Shown: positions 18,537 to 29,445 of the stretch, in pieces | Position numbering within the stretch: the first letter of the stretch is position 1 | Layout of the letters: each line of letters starts with the position of its first letter | Source: Gammaproteobacteria bacterium | Lineage (GTDB): Bacteria; Pseudomonadota; Gammaproteobacteria; Eutrophobiales; Eutrophobiaceae | Direction of reading: 5' to 3' | DNA: 64,000 nt | Assembly (NCBI GenBank): GCA_965221695.1 | Contig: OZ244905.1 | Coordinates: forward strand, 576,001 to 640,000 | Notes under the pieces: generated by a model | Databases searched by the model: none | The model's input: the letters and a program-made list of their open reading frames with translations, nothing else | What the model was told of the DNA's origin: nothing | Made by a program: the position numbers and the translations under genes

Positions 18537-19295
18537 TTAGAATTCCATTTCAATCTGCCAGTGGGGAGTATGCGCCGCGCTACCTTCGGTCAGGCCGATT
18601 AACCATATCAGGTTTACTTCAATGGTAACATCTCCGATCTTGACGTCGCGGTAAAATGCCGGTCCAAGTCGGTGGTCCTGCGCCGATAACGCCGGCAGGT
18701 ACTTGATTTCGCCCGGTGCGCCAAAGGCCTCGAAACCGATTGCCGTATCGTCATCAAGGCTGTATTTTGTGCGCCAGATATATTCCAGTTCTGTGCTCTC
18801 GTCCGCAGCGCTACCGAACTGCTGCTCGAAATTCACGTTCAGGATATGTTCAAAAGCGCCGGACACGCGCCGGAACAGGAAACGCCCCTCCAGGTTATGG
18901 GGTTCGTCACCCTCATCGTTCGCCTCGATTTCCACATGAAAACCGAAATCCAGCCAATACCTGCCCTCCTCGGTCAACTGCAAGGTATTCTCCCAGCCCA
19001 GGATGTCGTATTTGACGCCTTTCCCCGCAGGTTCGATTACACTGGCGGTGATGGAGGTGGCCCAATAGTCAGTGACGCCGTATTCAAGTTCGAACTCCTG
19101 GTGCTTGAAGCCTTGGTACTCGTCGTCATCATCGATCACCACGTTGCCGATGATCTCGAATTGCAGGTCTCCCTTCTCCACGATTGGCGAGTAAACCTTC
19201 ATATCCGTCAGGTCGGCCCTGACATCGGCGGCTGTCGTAACAGCAATGATCAAAGCCAGAAAAACGGCAAAATTCCTTGTAATAAATTGCATCAT
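18537..19295 (-). CDS. Hypothetical exported protein, probable outer-membrane beta-barrel
   Basis: Signal peptide ending VRA, alternating amphipathic strands, terminal WQIEMEF. Confidence 0.7.
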   Translation of the reverse strand: MMQFITRNFAVFLALIIAVTTAADVRADLTDMKVYSPIVEKGDLQFEIIGNVVIDDDDEYQGFKHQEFELEYGVTDYWATSITASVIEPAGKGVKYDILGWENTLQLTEEGRYWLDFGFHVEIEANDEGDEPHNLEGRFLFRRVSGAFEHILNVNFEQQFGSAADESTELEYIWRTKYSLDDDTAIGFEAFGAPGEIKYLPALSAQDHRLGPAFYRDVKIGDVTIEVNLIWLIGLTEGSAAHTPHWQIEMEF

Positions 19296-19408
19296 AGTGT
19301 GTCCGGGTGAAAAGTTCACGCATGATAACGGGAAAATTTCCTGAAAGACAGTAAAGAAATGCTATTTTGAGGCAAACAGCAGCTTGGAGCAGCGTGCAGG
19401 TTGGCCGA

Positions 19409-20251
19409 CTAGCCGAACCTTGTCGAAAACCTGAATACCTGCGCGTCGCACACATCAATGCAGCGACCGCAGTTGGTACAATCGCCGTGCAGGACCACCG
19501 AGGTGTCGGTATCCCGGTCGGGTTTCAGGGCCGGGATGATCACGTGAGGCTCCGGGCATACCCGAAAACAGTCACCGCAGTCGGTACAGGCCGCGCGTGC
19601 TGCGGCATTCATGCGCACCATTGAGCGTTTACCGAGCAGACCGTAGAACGCGCCCACCGGACACAGGTGGCTGCACCAGCCCCGGCGCGTAACCACCAGG
19701 TCGAACAGGAATACAGCCAACACAATAAGCCAGGCCAGTCCGATACCGAATACCAGTCCGCGCTGGAGCATGGTGATCGGGTTCAGCGCTTCCCAGGCAA
19801 TGGCGCCGGTGATGGCCGATACCGCCAGCGCCACGACCATGATCCAGAGTCGGGTCGATTTTTTCAGCGCCCAGCTCAGGTTCAGCTTTAACCTGTTGCG
19901 CAGCCAGTTGGCGGCATCGGTGACGATATTGATAGGGCATACCCAGGAGCAATATACCCGTCCGCCGACCAGAAAATAAAAAATAAAGATGATGCCGGCG
20001 CCGGTGATCGCGAGCTGTCCCGGAACATGTCCTGTAGCCAGGGATTGCAGCAGGATGAACGGGTCGGTCAGGCTAACCCTGTCCAGCACGATACTGGAGG
20101 CCAGGTTGCCCTTCAGCCACCAGATGCCGAACCAGGGACCAAGCAGGAACAGCAGCAGGATGGCAAACTGGCTGGTCCGGCGCAGTAACAGCCACTTGTT
20201 CCTTTGCCACAGGCTGCGACCGGTAGCCGGCGACGCCGCGCTAGCCAGCAT
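19409..20251 (-). CDS. napH: NapH/MauN-family membrane polyferredoxin
   Basis: CSWVCP, CSHLCP, two CxxCxxCxxxC clusters, four TM helices; start uncertain. Confidence 0.85.
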   Translation of the reverse strand: MLASAASPATGRSLWQRNKWLLLRRTSQFAILLLFLLGPWFGIWWLKGNLASSIVLDRVSLTDPFILLQSLATGHVPGQLAITGAGIIFIFYFLVGGRVYCSWVCPINIVTDAANWLRNRLKLNLSWALKKSTRLWIMVVALAVSAITGAIAWEALNPITMLQRGLVFGIGLAWLIVLAVFLFDLVVTRRGWCSHLCPVGAFYGLLGKRSMVRMNAAARAACTDCGDCFRVCPEPHVIIPALKPDRDTDTSVVLHGDCTNCGRCIDVCDAQVFRFSTRFG

Positions 20252-20278
20252 AAACCGTTAAAACAACAGGCAGGCAAT

Positions 20279-20932
20279 TCATGCAATCCTGCCGGCATCA
20301 TGTTTGGCGAGATGTCTGGGCAGCACCTTGATGGAGGCTTCTTCGGTCACGCAGCCCTGCTCGCACTTGCCGCAACCGGTGCAGTGTTCTGCATGCACCG
20401 TAGGCTCGAAATAAATTCGCTTGCCCGCCTGCTTCTGCTCCATGGTAATGGCTTCGTCCCGGATCGGGCAGGCAACGTAACAGGCGCGGCAGTGGGCGAT
20501 GCCGGTGACGCTGTAACAGGTATCCGGACCGGTCAATACCGCGACACCCATATCGGCGTTGCGAATATCGGTAAGTTCCTTGCTTAACGCGTCCGTCGGG
20601 CAGGCTGCAACGCAGGGGATGTCTTCACACATCTCACAGGGGATATCACGGGCGATGAAATAAGGCGTCCCCGTAGCTACCTCGGAGCCAAACTCAGCCA
20701 GCTTCAGGGTGTCGTAGGGGCAATCCCGCACACACAGGCCACAGCGCACGCAGGCGCCGCTGAAGTCCTCCTCCGCTATTGCCCCGGGCGGGCGGATGGC
20801 GCGCGCCGGTGTGGAGGCGGACCGCCGCGCATATGACCCGAGCAACAGTCCGAGGATGCTCATCGAACCCACCGTATGAGCGCATTGGCCGATGAACTGG
20901 CGCCGGTCAAGCCTGTTGTTTTTTCCGCTCAT
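20279..20932 (-). CDS. napG: NapG/MauM-family ferredoxin-type protein
   Basis: Tat-like DRRQFI, RPPGA, CVRCGLCVRDCP, PCEMCEDIPC, CTGCGKCEQGC. Confidence 0.87.
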   Translation of the reverse strand: MSGKNNRLDRRQFIGQCAHTVGSMSILGLLLGSYARRSASTPARAIRPPGAIAEEDFSGACVRCGLCVRDCPYDTLKLAEFGSEVATGTPYFIARDIPCEMCEDIPCVAACPTDALSKELTDIRNADMGVAVLTGPDTCYSVTGIAHCRACYVACPIRDEAITMEQKQAGKRIYFEPTVHAEHCTGCGKCEQGCVTEEASIKVLPRHLAKHDAGRIA

Positions 20933-20984
20933 AGTATTAATTGCTTGATTGTACTATAATGCCGCCCGTGCAGTATATATGCTT

Positions 20985-21072
20985 TACCTGAGGAGCGTTG
21001 CGACGGGCTGTGCCTGCCAGGCTTGGGTAGAAGCCCGCAAATGTGGATTTTGCACATACCAACGGCGCTCAC
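20985..21072 (+). promoter_or_regulatory. SAH riboswitch upstream of metH
   Basis: TACCTGAGGAGCGTTGCGAC...GCCAGGCTTGGGTA...AACGGCGCTCA matches the SAH aptamer: P1 stem plus GAGCGTTG/CAACGGCGCTC pseudoknot pairing. Confidence 0.88.
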
Positions 21073-21153
21073 TTATGTTGAATTACAAGATAAGTGAGGC
21101 AGTCGGGACCCATCTCTTCCCTGCCTTTACACGACGTATAACGACGTATTGCA

Positions 21154-24100
21154 GTGGACAACACCGAACAACAACTACGCAGCCTGTTGCAGGAACGTAT
21201 CCTGCTGCTCGACGGGGCCATGGGCACGATGATCCAGTCCTATGGCCTGCAAGAGGCTGATTACCGTGGCGACCGTTTCGCCGATCATGGTTGCGACCTG
21301 AAAGGCAACAACGACCTGTTGACGCTTACCCAACCCGGAATCATCCGCGACATACACGGTGCGTTCCTTGACGCTGGCGCGGACATTCTTTGCACCAACT
21401 CCTTCAATTCCACGGCCGTCGCGATGGCCGATTACCAACTGCAGGATCATGTCCATGAGCTGAACCGGGCCAGCGCCGTCCTGGCGCGGGAAGTCGCCGA
21501 TGAGAAATCCACGCCGGAGAAACCCCGCTTCGTCGCCGGTGTGCTGGGGCCCACCAATCGCACCGCTTCCATCTCGCCGGACGTCAACCGTCCGGGTTTT
21601 CGGAATATCCATTTTATGGAACTCGCGGATGCTTACGCCACGGCCGCAAGAGGGCTGGTGGAAGGCGGCGCGCAGATACTGCTACTGGAGACCATCTTCG
21701 ACACGCTCAACGCCAAGGCCGCCATCTATGCTATCGAGACCATGTTTGAAAAATACGGCAAGCGGTTGCCGCTGATCATCTCCGGCACGATTACCGACGC
21801 CTCCGGCCGCACCCTCACCGGCCAGACCTGCGCGGCTTTCTGGCACTCCGTGCGCCATGCCAATCCATTTGCGATCGGATTGAATTGTGCTATGGGAGCC
21901 AAAGACTTACGACAATATATTGAAGAGCTTTCTAATATAGCGGACACCTATACCAGCATCCACCCCAACGCCGGACTACCGAATGAGTTCGGCGAATATG
22001 ACGAGACTCCCGAATACATGGCCGGGGTGCTGGAGGAGTTTGCCGTCAGCGGCTTCATCAATATCGTCGGCGGCTGTTGCGGCACTACGCCCGACCATAT
22101 TCGCCGCATCCATGAACTGGTATGCAGCCGGCCGCCCCGTACCGTTCCCGTGATCCCGCCCAAATGCCGCCTCAGTGGCCTTGAAGCGCTCACAGTGACC
22201 CCGGCAGCCAACTTTATCAACATCGGCGAGCGCACCAATGTGGCCGGTTCACCCCGGTTCCTGAAACTTATCAAGGAAGACAAACTTGATGAGGCCCTGG
22301 ACATCGCGCGCCAACAGGTGGAAAACGGGGCCCAGCTTATCGACATCTGCATGGACGAGGGGCTGCTCGATTCCGAACGCCTGATGCAGGAGTTCCTGAT
22401 GCTTGTCGCCGGCGAACCGGACATTTGCCGGGTCCCTATCATGATCGATTCATCACGCTGGTCAGTCATCGAAACCGGCCTGCGTTGCGTGCAAGGCAAG
22501 GGCGTGGTGAATTCGATAAGCCTGAAGGAGGGCGAGGATATTTTCAGGGAGCAGGCGCGTCTGGTCAGGCGCTACGGCGCCGCAGTCGTGGTCATGTGTT
22601 TTGACGAGCAGGGCCAGGCCGATACCACCGAGCGGCGCTTGGAGGTTGCCCGGCGCTCGTACCGCATCCTGACGCAGGAAGTCGGCTTCCCGCCGGAAGA
22701 TATCATTATCGACCCCAATATCCTCACAGTTGCCACCGGCATGGAGGAACACAACAATTACGCGGTGTCTTTTTTTGAATCCGCGCGCTTGATCAAGGAG
22801 AACCTGCCCTATGCGCTTGTCGGTGGCGGCCTGAGTAACGTGTCATTCTCGTTCCGCGGCAACAATGTCGTACGCGAGGCCATGCATAGCGCGTTCCTGT
22901 ACCACGCGGTGCAATCCGGCATGGACATGGCTATCGTCAATGCCGGGCAACTGGGCATATACGATGAGATCGCGCCCGACCTGCTGGAGCGGGTGGAGGA
23001 TGTCTTACTCAATAGGCGTGCGGACGCGACCGACCGCCTGGTGGAGTTCTCCGATAGCGTCAAGGATACGGCCACCGCCAAGACAAAAGAGAATATCCAT
23101 GACTGGCGCCGGGGAACCGTGGATGAGCGTCTAAGTTACGCCCTAGTGAAAGGTATAGACACATGGATCGAGGCCGATACCGAGGAGGCCCGGCAACAAT
23201 ATGAACGCCCGTTGCAGGTCATCGAAGGGCCGCTAATGGACGGCATGAACATCGTCGGCGACCTGTTCGGCGCCGGCAGGATGTTCCTGCCGCAGGTGGT
23301 AAAGAGCGCGCGGGTGATGAAGAAGGCGGTTGCTTACTTAGTGCCGTTCATCGAAGAAGAGAAACAGGGACAGACCGATGCCCGCAGCCGGGGCCGGATC
23401 GTGATGGCGACCGTGAAGGGTGATGTTCACGATATCGGCAAGAACATCGTCGGCGTGGTCCTGCAATGCAATAATTTTGAAGTCATCGACCTCGGTGTGA
23501 TGGTCCCGGCGGAAACCATTCTCAAAACGGCCCGGGAAAACGGCGCGGACCTCATCGGCCTGAGTGGCCTCATCACCCCATCGCTGGATGAAATGGCGCA
23601 TGTGGCAACCGAGATGCAACGGCTCCAATTCAATGTTCCCCTGCTCATTGGCGGCGCCACCACCTCGCGCACCCATACCGCGGTTAAGATCGACCCGCAT
23701 TACGTACCGCCAGTGGTGCATGTCAAAGACGCTTCCCGCGCCGTGGTCGTGGCCCAGGGACTGCTCAGTCCGAACCTGAAGGCAGGTCTGTGCCGGGAAG
23801 TCGAAAAAGAGTATGAGGTATTACGCGAACGGCACAAGGGCCGGCAGGCAGGGATCAACTGGCAGTCACTGGCGGGGGCCAGGGAGAACCGCCATGCGCC
23901 GAACTGGCAAAACTACGAACCGCCGGAACCGGCGCTCGCCGGAGTTCTGACATTCGATGACTACCCCCTGGCCGAATTGCGCCCATACATCGACTGGACC
24001 CCGTTCTTTGTCACCTGGGAACTCGCAGGACGATTCCCGCGTATCCTTGATGACCCGATAGTCGGCGCTGAGGCGCGTAAACTCCATGCCGACGCTTGCG

Positions 24101-24849
24101 CGATGCTGGACGCGATCATAACGGAACACTGGTTCGGCGCCCGCGCCGTGCTCGGCCTGTTCCCGGCCAATTCCATCGGTCACGACGATATCGAGGTTTA
24201 TGCGGACCAGGACCGGAACGGGCTGCTGGCCGTGCTCCACAGCCTGCGGCAACAGACACAGAAACCGCCGGGGCAGCCGAACCTGGCGCTGGCGGATTTC
24301 ATTGCGCCGAAACAGACCGGCATACGGGACTACATCGGCGCCTTCGCAGTCGCCACGGGGTTTGGGATGGAGCAGAAATTGCGCGAGTTTGAACAAGACC
24401 ACGACGATTACCGGGCGATCATGTTGAAAGCGCTGGCCGACCGTCTCGCGGAAGCCCTGGCTGAGCGCCTGCACCAGCGTGTGCGCAAGGAGTTCTGGGG
24501 CTACGCAGCATACGAGGGCCTGGATAATGACGCGCTGATCGCCGAGAAATACCAGGGCATCCGCCCTGCCCCCGGCTACCCGGCCTGTCCTGACCATACG
24601 GAAAAACCGATCATCTGGAAGCTGCTTGATGTCGAAGCAAACACCGGCATCCGCTTGACGGAAAATTATGCGATGCATCCTGCCGCCGCCGTCAGCGGCC
24701 TGTATTTTTCCCATCCCGACGCCCGCTACTTTGGTCTTGGCAAGATCAACCGCGACCAGGTTACTGACTACGCTGTCAGAAAAGGCATGGAACTGCGCCA
24801 GGTGGAACGCTGGCTCAGCCCCAGCCTGGGCTACGACCCGGAAGGTTAA
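21154..24849 (+). CDS. metH: Cobalamin-dependent methionine synthase
   Basis: [39 protein letters not shown]. Confidence 0.98.
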   Translation: MDNTEQQLRSLLQERILLLDGAMGTMIQSYGLQEADYRGDRFADHGCDLKGNNDLLTLTQPGIIRDIHGAFLDAGADILCTNSFNSTAVAMADYQLQDHVHELNRASAVLAREVADEKSTPEKPRFVAGVLGPTNRTASISPDVNRPGFRNIHFMELADAYATAARGLVEGGAQILLLETIFDTLNAKAAIYAIETMFEKYGKRLPLIISGTITDASGRTLTGQTCAAFWHSVRHANPFAIGLNCAMGAKDLRQYIEELSNIADTYTSIHPNAGLPNEFGEYDETPEYMAGVLEEFAVSGFINIVGGCCGTTPDHIRRIHELVCSRPPRTVPVIPPKCRLSGLEALTVTPAANFINIGERTNVAGSPRFLKLIKEDKLDEALDIARQQVENGAQLIDICMDEGLLDSERLMQEFLMLVAGEPDICRVPIMIDSSRWSVIETGLRCVQGKGVVNSISLKEGEDIFREQARLVRRYGAAVVVMCFDEQGQADTTERRLEVARRSYRILTQEVGFPPEDIIIDPNILTVATGMEEHNNYAVSFFESARLIKENLPYALVGGGLSNVSFSFRGNNVVREAMHSAFLYHAVQSGMDMAIVNAGQLGIYDEIAPDLLERVEDVLLNRRADATDRLVEFSDSVKDTATAKTKENIHDWRRGTVDERLSYALVKGIDTWIEADTEEARQQYERPLQVIEGPLMDGMNIVGDLFGAGRMFLPQVVKSARVMKKAVAYLVPFIEEEKQGQTDARSRGRIVMATVKGDVHDIGKNIVGVVLQCNNFEVIDLGVMVPAETILKTARENGADLIGLSGLITPSLDEMAHVATEMQRLQFNVPLLIGGATTSRTHTAVKIDPHYVPPVVHVKDASRAVVVAQGLLSPNLKAGLCREVEKEYEVLRERHKGRQAGINWQSLAGARENRHAPNWQNYEPPEPALAGVLTFDDYPLAELRPYIDWTPFFVTWELAGRFPRILDDPIVGAEARKLHADACAMLDAIITEHWFGARAVLGLFPANSIGHDDIEVYADQDRNGLLAVLHSLRQQTQKPPGQPNLALADFIAPKQTGIRDYIGAFAVATGFGMEQKLREFEQDHDDYRAIMLKALADRLAEALAERLHQRVRKEFWGYAAYEGLDNDALIAEKYQGIRPAPGYPACPDHTEKPIIWKLLDVEANTGIRLTENYAMHPAAAVSGLYFSHPDARYFGLGKINRDQVTDYAVRKGMELRQVERWLSPSLGYDPEG

Positions 24850-24952
24850 TCCGGAACGCCCTTGCAATATTCAGGGCATCCAAAATTTCATTTCCTTCTC
24901 CATGCTGATATAGTATGCGGTAGAATAATTTCGGCAGGGAGACACACAAACC

Positions 24953-25849
24953 ATGTACCCAGCACCATTCCGTTACCATCGCCCGGCAACACTGGGCAGC
25001 GCGCTGGCGCTGCTCGCGGAACTGGGTGACAGCGCCAGGCCATTGGCCGGAGGCCAATCGCTGATACCCATCCTGAAAATGCGCATGGATGAACCTTCTG
25101 ACCTGGTGGATATCGGGCGCTTGCCGGAGTTGACCCACATCCGCAAGGAAAAAAACCACTATCGCATCGGCGCCTTGGCCACCCATGCCCGCATCGCCGC
25201 GAGCGCCGCCGCCGACAACATCCCCGTTATCCGCGACTGTGCCGGCAATATCGCAGACCCCCAGGTAAGGGCCTTGGGCACCATCGGCGGCTCGGTTTGC
25301 ATCGCCGATCCGAGCAGCGACTGGCCGGCGCTACTGAACCTGTTAGATGCGGAAATCGTCTGCCAGGACCTGGAGGCAAGCCGCAAGATCGGCATCAGGG
25401 ACTTCATTACCGATTCCTATACCAACTGCCTCGCCGACGGCGAACTGGTCACGGAAATTCAGATCCCGATCCCGCCGGCGAACAGCGGCGGCGCCTACCT
25501 CGGTTTCAAGAAGGCAGCGCCGGCCTACCCCGCCGCCTCGGCGGGGATTCAGTTGACCCTGACCGCCGGCAACATCTGTCATGATATCCGCATGGCGCTG
25601 GGTGCGGCAGGACCGGTACCGGTGACTTCTACAGAAATCGAACGATCACTCATCGGCCAACCGTTAACGGACACCAAGCTACAAGAGGCCGCGGCGGCGC
25701 TGGTGGAACTGTCTGAACCACCCAGCGATACCCGCGGTTCCGCTGACTTCAAACGTACAATGCTACGCTCGTTATTTATGCGCGCCGCACAGACTGCGAT
25801 GCAGCGCGCCAAGGGTGAAACCGCCATGGGGAGCCACGACTATGTCTGA
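24953..25849 (+). CDS. Molybdenum hydroxylase FAD-binding medium subunit (CoxM-like)
   Basis: [27 protein letters not shown]. Confidence 0.9.
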   Translation: MYPAPFRYHRPATLGSALALLAELGDSARPLAGGQSLIPILKMRMDEPSDLVDIGRLPELTHIRKEKNHYRIGALATHARIAASAAADNIPVIRDCAGNIADPQVRALGTIGGSVCIADPSSDWPALLNLLDAEIVCQDLEASRKIGIRDFITDSYTNCLADGELVTEIQIPIPPANSGGAYLGFKKAAPAYPAASAGIQLTLTAGNICHDIRMALGAAGPVPVTSTEIERSLIGQPLTDTKLQEAAAALVELSEPPSDTRGSADFKRTMLRSLFMRAAQTAMQRAKGETAMGSHDYV

Positions 25850-26330
25850 ACCAGTACAAACCGTATCCATCAACGTTACCGTGAACGGCAAGGCTTGCCG
25901 GCGGGATGTCGAACCCCGTCAATTACTGGTGGAATTCATCCGCGAAGAACTGCGCCTGACCGGTACGCATATCGGTTGCGACACCAGCTACTGCGGCGCC
26001 TGTACCCTGCTGTTGGACGGCGCCGCCGTCAAGTCCTGCACCTTATTCGCAGTTCAGGCCGACGGCGCGGAGATTACCACCGTAGAGGCCCTGGAAAAAA
26101 ACGGGCAGATACACCCGCTGCAGCAGGCATTCTCCGAACAGCACGGTCTGCAATGCGGCTATTGCACGCCGGGCATGCTTATGTCGTCGCTGGCGCTGCT
26201 GGCTGAGAAGCCTGACCCGGAAACTGCTGACATCCGCAAGGCGCTGGCGGGCAACATCTGCCGCTGCACCGGCTACCAGAACATCATCAAATCCGTCCAG
26301 GCGGCAGCCAGAGTGTTACGGGAGGCATAA
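25842..26330 (+). CDS. Molybdenum hydroxylase [2Fe-2S] small subunit (CoxS-like)
   Basis: [24 protein letters not shown]; start MSEPV. Confidence 0.92.
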   Translation: MSEPVQTVSINVTVNGKACRRDVEPRQLLVEFIREELRLTGTHIGCDTSYCGACTLLLDGAAVKSCTLFAVQADGAEITTVEALEKNGQIHPLQQAFSEQHGLQCGYCTPGMLMSSLALLAEKPDPETADIRKALAGNICRCTGYQNIIKSVQAAARVLREA

Positions 26331-26333
26331 ACC

Positions 26334-29300
26334 ATGGAAATGAAATTCTCAGGCAAATTCAGTATTGACCGTTCCAAGCAGGATGTCTTCTCATTGCTGT
26401 CGGACCCAAAACAGTTTGCGCCATTGCTGCCCGGTTTCCACAGCATGGAAATGAAGGATGCCAACACGGCCGAGATTCGGGCAAGAGTGGGGATCGGCAA
26501 GATCGGTGGCATCGCCGCGACCGAACTCAGCCTGGCCGGGTCCGAACCACCGCGCCATGCCCGTTACACGGGCCGGGGCAAGCTGATGCAGGGCGTCTAC
26601 CGCCTGCACACCTCCTTTGACCTTGAAGACAGCGACGCCGGCGGCACCCTGATAAGCTGGCAAGGCAACGCCGAGGTTACCGGCAAGATCCTGTCGCTGG
26701 CGGGCGGCGGCATCCGCAGCTACGCGGAAAAACAGATCAACCAGCTTATTGCCAGCTTGGAGGCGGCGCTCTCTCCGGAAGGCGCGGCAACAGCGCCTGC
26801 AAAACCGGGAGGGTGGTTCAGCCGCGTGCTGCGCGGGCTGTCCGGCGTCAGCGACTCCGAAACAGCAGCCCGGGTTGAAGCCCAGGACGTCACCACATTG
26901 CCGAAAGAGAAGCAGGCAAGCCGTAAACGAGTGAACGCGCTGCTTGACGTGCCTCATGCGGACGCAAAACCTGCCCGGCGCGAAGACGAACGCCTGATAA
27001 AGGGCAAGGGATTGTTTGTCGATGATTTCAGCCCCGCCGGCCTGCTGCACATGAGCGTGGTGCGTTCTCCCTATGCCCATGCCCGCATCGTCAATATCGA
27101 TGTCTCCCGGGCGGAAGCGCTGCCCGGGGTTGCCTGCACCTTTACCGGCAAGGAGGTCATGGAGCTGACCGACCCGTTTATCCAGATCGGCGCCGGTACG
27201 ACCCAGGAAATTACCGACTATGCGCTGGCCACAGACAAGGTGATTTACCAGGGCGACCCGGTTGTCGCGGTGTTCGCCGAATCCGTTGCCATTGCCGAGG
27301 ACGCGGCACAACTGGTGGACGTGGAATACGAACCCTTGGAGGTGGTGCTTGACGCGGAGAATGCGCTGACGGATAAAACCGTTCTCCATGACGAAACCGG
27401 CACCAATACGATATTCTCAGGTGTCTACGAGTACGGTGATTTGGACCAGGCATTTGCCGAGGCAGCCCATGTCGTAAAGATAGACAAGCTGCATTTCCAT
27501 CGCTTCAGCAGCACCGCCCTGGAACCCAGCGCTTGCGTCGCCACCTGGGACCCGCGCGGCGAGATAGACCTGTTCTCGAATACTATCATGACCGTGCCAT
27601 TGGCGTTCCTGGCCCCGGCACTGCGCGTCAGAATGGACCAGATCCGCCTGCGCACCCATGATATCGGCGGCAGCTTCGGCAACAAGATCACCAACTATCC
27701 GTACCTGACGCTGGCCTGCCTGGCCTCCAGGAAGATGAACGGCGTGCCGGTAAAGTGGATAGAAACCCGCGCCGACAACCTGATCGCAGGCAGCGTGGGC
27801 AGCGAACGCACGTACCTGGATACGGAAGTCGCGCTGAACAGTGACGGTGTCATCACCGCACTGCGGTCGAAACATATTGATGATATCGGCGCATATCCCC
27901 GCTATGAGCCCCTGGGTTCCGTGATCTGGTCCCAGGTGCTGCCCGCCGCCTACAAGCTGCGCAACATCAGGATAGATTTCAACCAGGTTGTTACCAACAA
28001 AGGCCCTGCCGCGCCCAATCGCGGCTATTCGCGGCTGCCGCATCTCTGGTTCATGGAACGGGTCGTGGATATCTGCAGCCACGAACTGGGTATCCCTTCC
28101 GATGAGATGCGCCTGATGAACTATATCGAAAAGTTCCCGTACGAAACGCCCAACGGCTGCGTGTACGATTCCGGCGACTTTCCGGCGATGCTGGCGAAAG
28201 CCAAGGAACTGGTCGACTGGGATGGCTGGAAGAAGAAACAGGCGGACGCGCGTAAGGAGGGCAAACTGATCGGCATCGGCATCGGCACCACCCTGGATTC
28301 GGGCACGAACAACTGGGGCCAGGCCAGGTACGTCAATCCGCATGCACCGTTTTCCGGCAACTCCACCGCGGCCAGGGCGAAACTGGACCTGGACGGTACA
28401 GTGGTGGTCAGCCTGGGTACTTTCCCGCAGGGCCAGGGCCACGAGACCACTGCGGCGCAGGTAGTCGGCGATGTGCTGGGCATCCCCCCGGACCTGGTAC
28501 ACGTGAAGACCGGTTTCGATTCACTCTACGACAGTCATACCGGCCAATCGGGCACCTACGCCAGCCAATTCGCAGTGACCGGTTTGTCCGCGGCCCACGG
28601 CGCCGCGCTCAAGCTCAAGGCGGAAATGACAAAACTGGCTTGTTTCGGTCTGGAAGCAAAGGAAGAAGACCTCGAGTTCGGAGTCGGCGACATGGGGCCG
28701 CAGGTCAGCGTCAGGGGCACGGACCGGGCGCTCAACTACTGGATGCTGGCCAACTTCATCAATTCGAACAGCGCCAGTCTGCCAGATGAGTTGCGCGATC
28801 TGTCACTGAATGTCCGGCATGTCTACATGCCGCCGTTCAAGGTCCCGGATGTGGAGAAAAAAATCGGCAATCTTACCCTCACCTACGCGCTGCAACTGCA
28901 TATCTCAGTGGTTGAGGTAGATCCGGATACGTTCCTGACCAGGATACTGGACTACGCCATCGTCGACGACTGCGGCACGGTGATCAACCCGATGATCGTC
29001 GAAGGCCAGGTGCACGGTGGCGCGGCCCATGGCATTGGCGCCGTGTTGCTGGAGGACATTGCCTACGACGCGGAAGGCAATGCGATTGCCGGATCATTCA
29101 CCGATTATGCGCCGATCACCATCAGCAGCATGCCGGAACTCAAGTGCGCAAACCGGCAATCGCCCTCCCCGTTTACGTTCCATGGCGCCAAGGGCATGGG
29201 CGAAGGCGGTGGCGGACCACTGCTCTCCCTGAGCGCGGCGTTGCAGGATGCCCTGCACGGGAACGGCATCATTATCGAAAATTCGCATAACTCGCCCATG

Positions 29301-29360
29301 TCGATGTTCGAGCGCTTTGCCGGCGGCTCACACAAAGGAGTGACTGTCAAGACCGTGTGA
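26334..29360 (+). CDS. Molybdenum hydroxylase large subunit with N-terminal CoxG/SRPBCC domain
   Basis: First ~150 aa are CoxG-like; then RREDERL, RSPYAHARI, GGSFGNK, PNRGY, QGQGHET, KGMGEG. Confidence 0.88.
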   Translation: MEMKFSGKFSIDRSKQDVFSLLSDPKQFAPLLPGFHSMEMKDANTAEIRARVGIGKIGGIAATELSLAGSEPPRHARYTGRGKLMQGVYRLHTSFDLEDSDAGGTLISWQGNAEVTGKILSLAGGGIRSYAEKQINQLIASLEAALSPEGAATAPAKPGGWFSRVLRGLSGVSDSETAARVEAQDVTTLPKEKQASRKRVNALLDVPHADAKPARREDERLIKGKGLFVDDFSPAGLLHMSVVRSPYAHARIVNIDVSRAEALPGVACTFTGKEVMELTDPFIQIGAGTTQEITDYALATDKVIYQGDPVVAVFAESVAIAEDAAQLVDVEYEPLEVVLDAENALTDKTVLHDETGTNTIFSGVYEYGDLDQAFAEAAHVVKIDKLHFHRFSSTALEPSACVATWDPRGEIDLFSNTIMTVPLAFLAPALRVRMDQIRLRTHDIGGSFGNKITNYPYLTLACLASRKMNGVPVKWIETRADNLIAGSVGSERTYLDTEVALNSDGVITALRSKHIDDIGAYPRYEPLGSVIWSQVLPAAYKLRNIRIDFNQVVTNKGPAAPNRGYSRLPHLWFMERVVDICSHELGIPSDEMRLMNYIEKFPYETPNGCVYDSGDFPAMLAKAKELVDWDGWKKKQADARKEGKLIGIGIGTTLDSGTNNWGQARYVNPHAPFSGNSTAARAKLDLDGTVVVSLGTFPQGQGHETTAAQVVGDVLGIPPDLVHVKTGFDSLYDSHTGQSGTYASQFAVTGLSAAHGAALKLKAEMTKLACFGLEAKEEDLEFGVGDMGPQVSVRGTDRALNYWMLANFINSNSASLPDELRDLSLNVRHVYMPPFKVPDVEKKIGNLTLTYALQLHISVVEVDPDTFLTRILDYAIVDDCGTVINPMIVEGQVHGGAAHGIGAVLLEDIAYDAEGNAIAGSFTDYAPITISSMPELKCANRQSPSPFTFHGAKGMGEGGGGPLLSLSAALQDALHGNGIIIENSHNSPMSMFERFAGGSHKGVTVKTV

Positions 29361-29377
29361 ATAATGGAGCGTCTGAT

Positions 29378-29445
29378 CTAAGGAAACTCTGACTTAATCA
29401 GAGGTTCCCTAAGAAAAATCTGACTTAATCTCAGAGCTTTCCTAA
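29378..29445. repeat. Two tandem mini-palindromes bounded and separated by CTAA
   Basis: CTAA-GGAAACTCTGACTTAATCAGAGGTTCC-CTAA-GAAAAATCTGACTTAATCTCAGAGCTTTC-CTAA; the last CTA is the LLM gene stop. Confidence 0.85.

Noticed and set aside
19409-20932. Periplasmic nitrate reductase or methylamine dehydrogenase operon
   Set aside because: No catalytic subunit genes (napAB, mauAB) in the window
23866-28502. Long antisense ORFs (333, 332 and 361 aa) and similar ones elsewhere, e.g. 672-1496
   Set aside because: They lie almost entirely opposite well-supported genes in GC-rich DNA and show no recognisable motifs
24953-29360. Aerobic CO dehydrogenase (coxMSL)
   Set aside because: Large subunit lacks the AYxCSFR (form I) and AYxGAGR (form II) loops; it has PNRGYSR, and no coxDEF genes are present
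29378-29445. CRISPR array
   Set aside because: Only two adjacent units separated by 4 nt, no unique spacers and no cas genes
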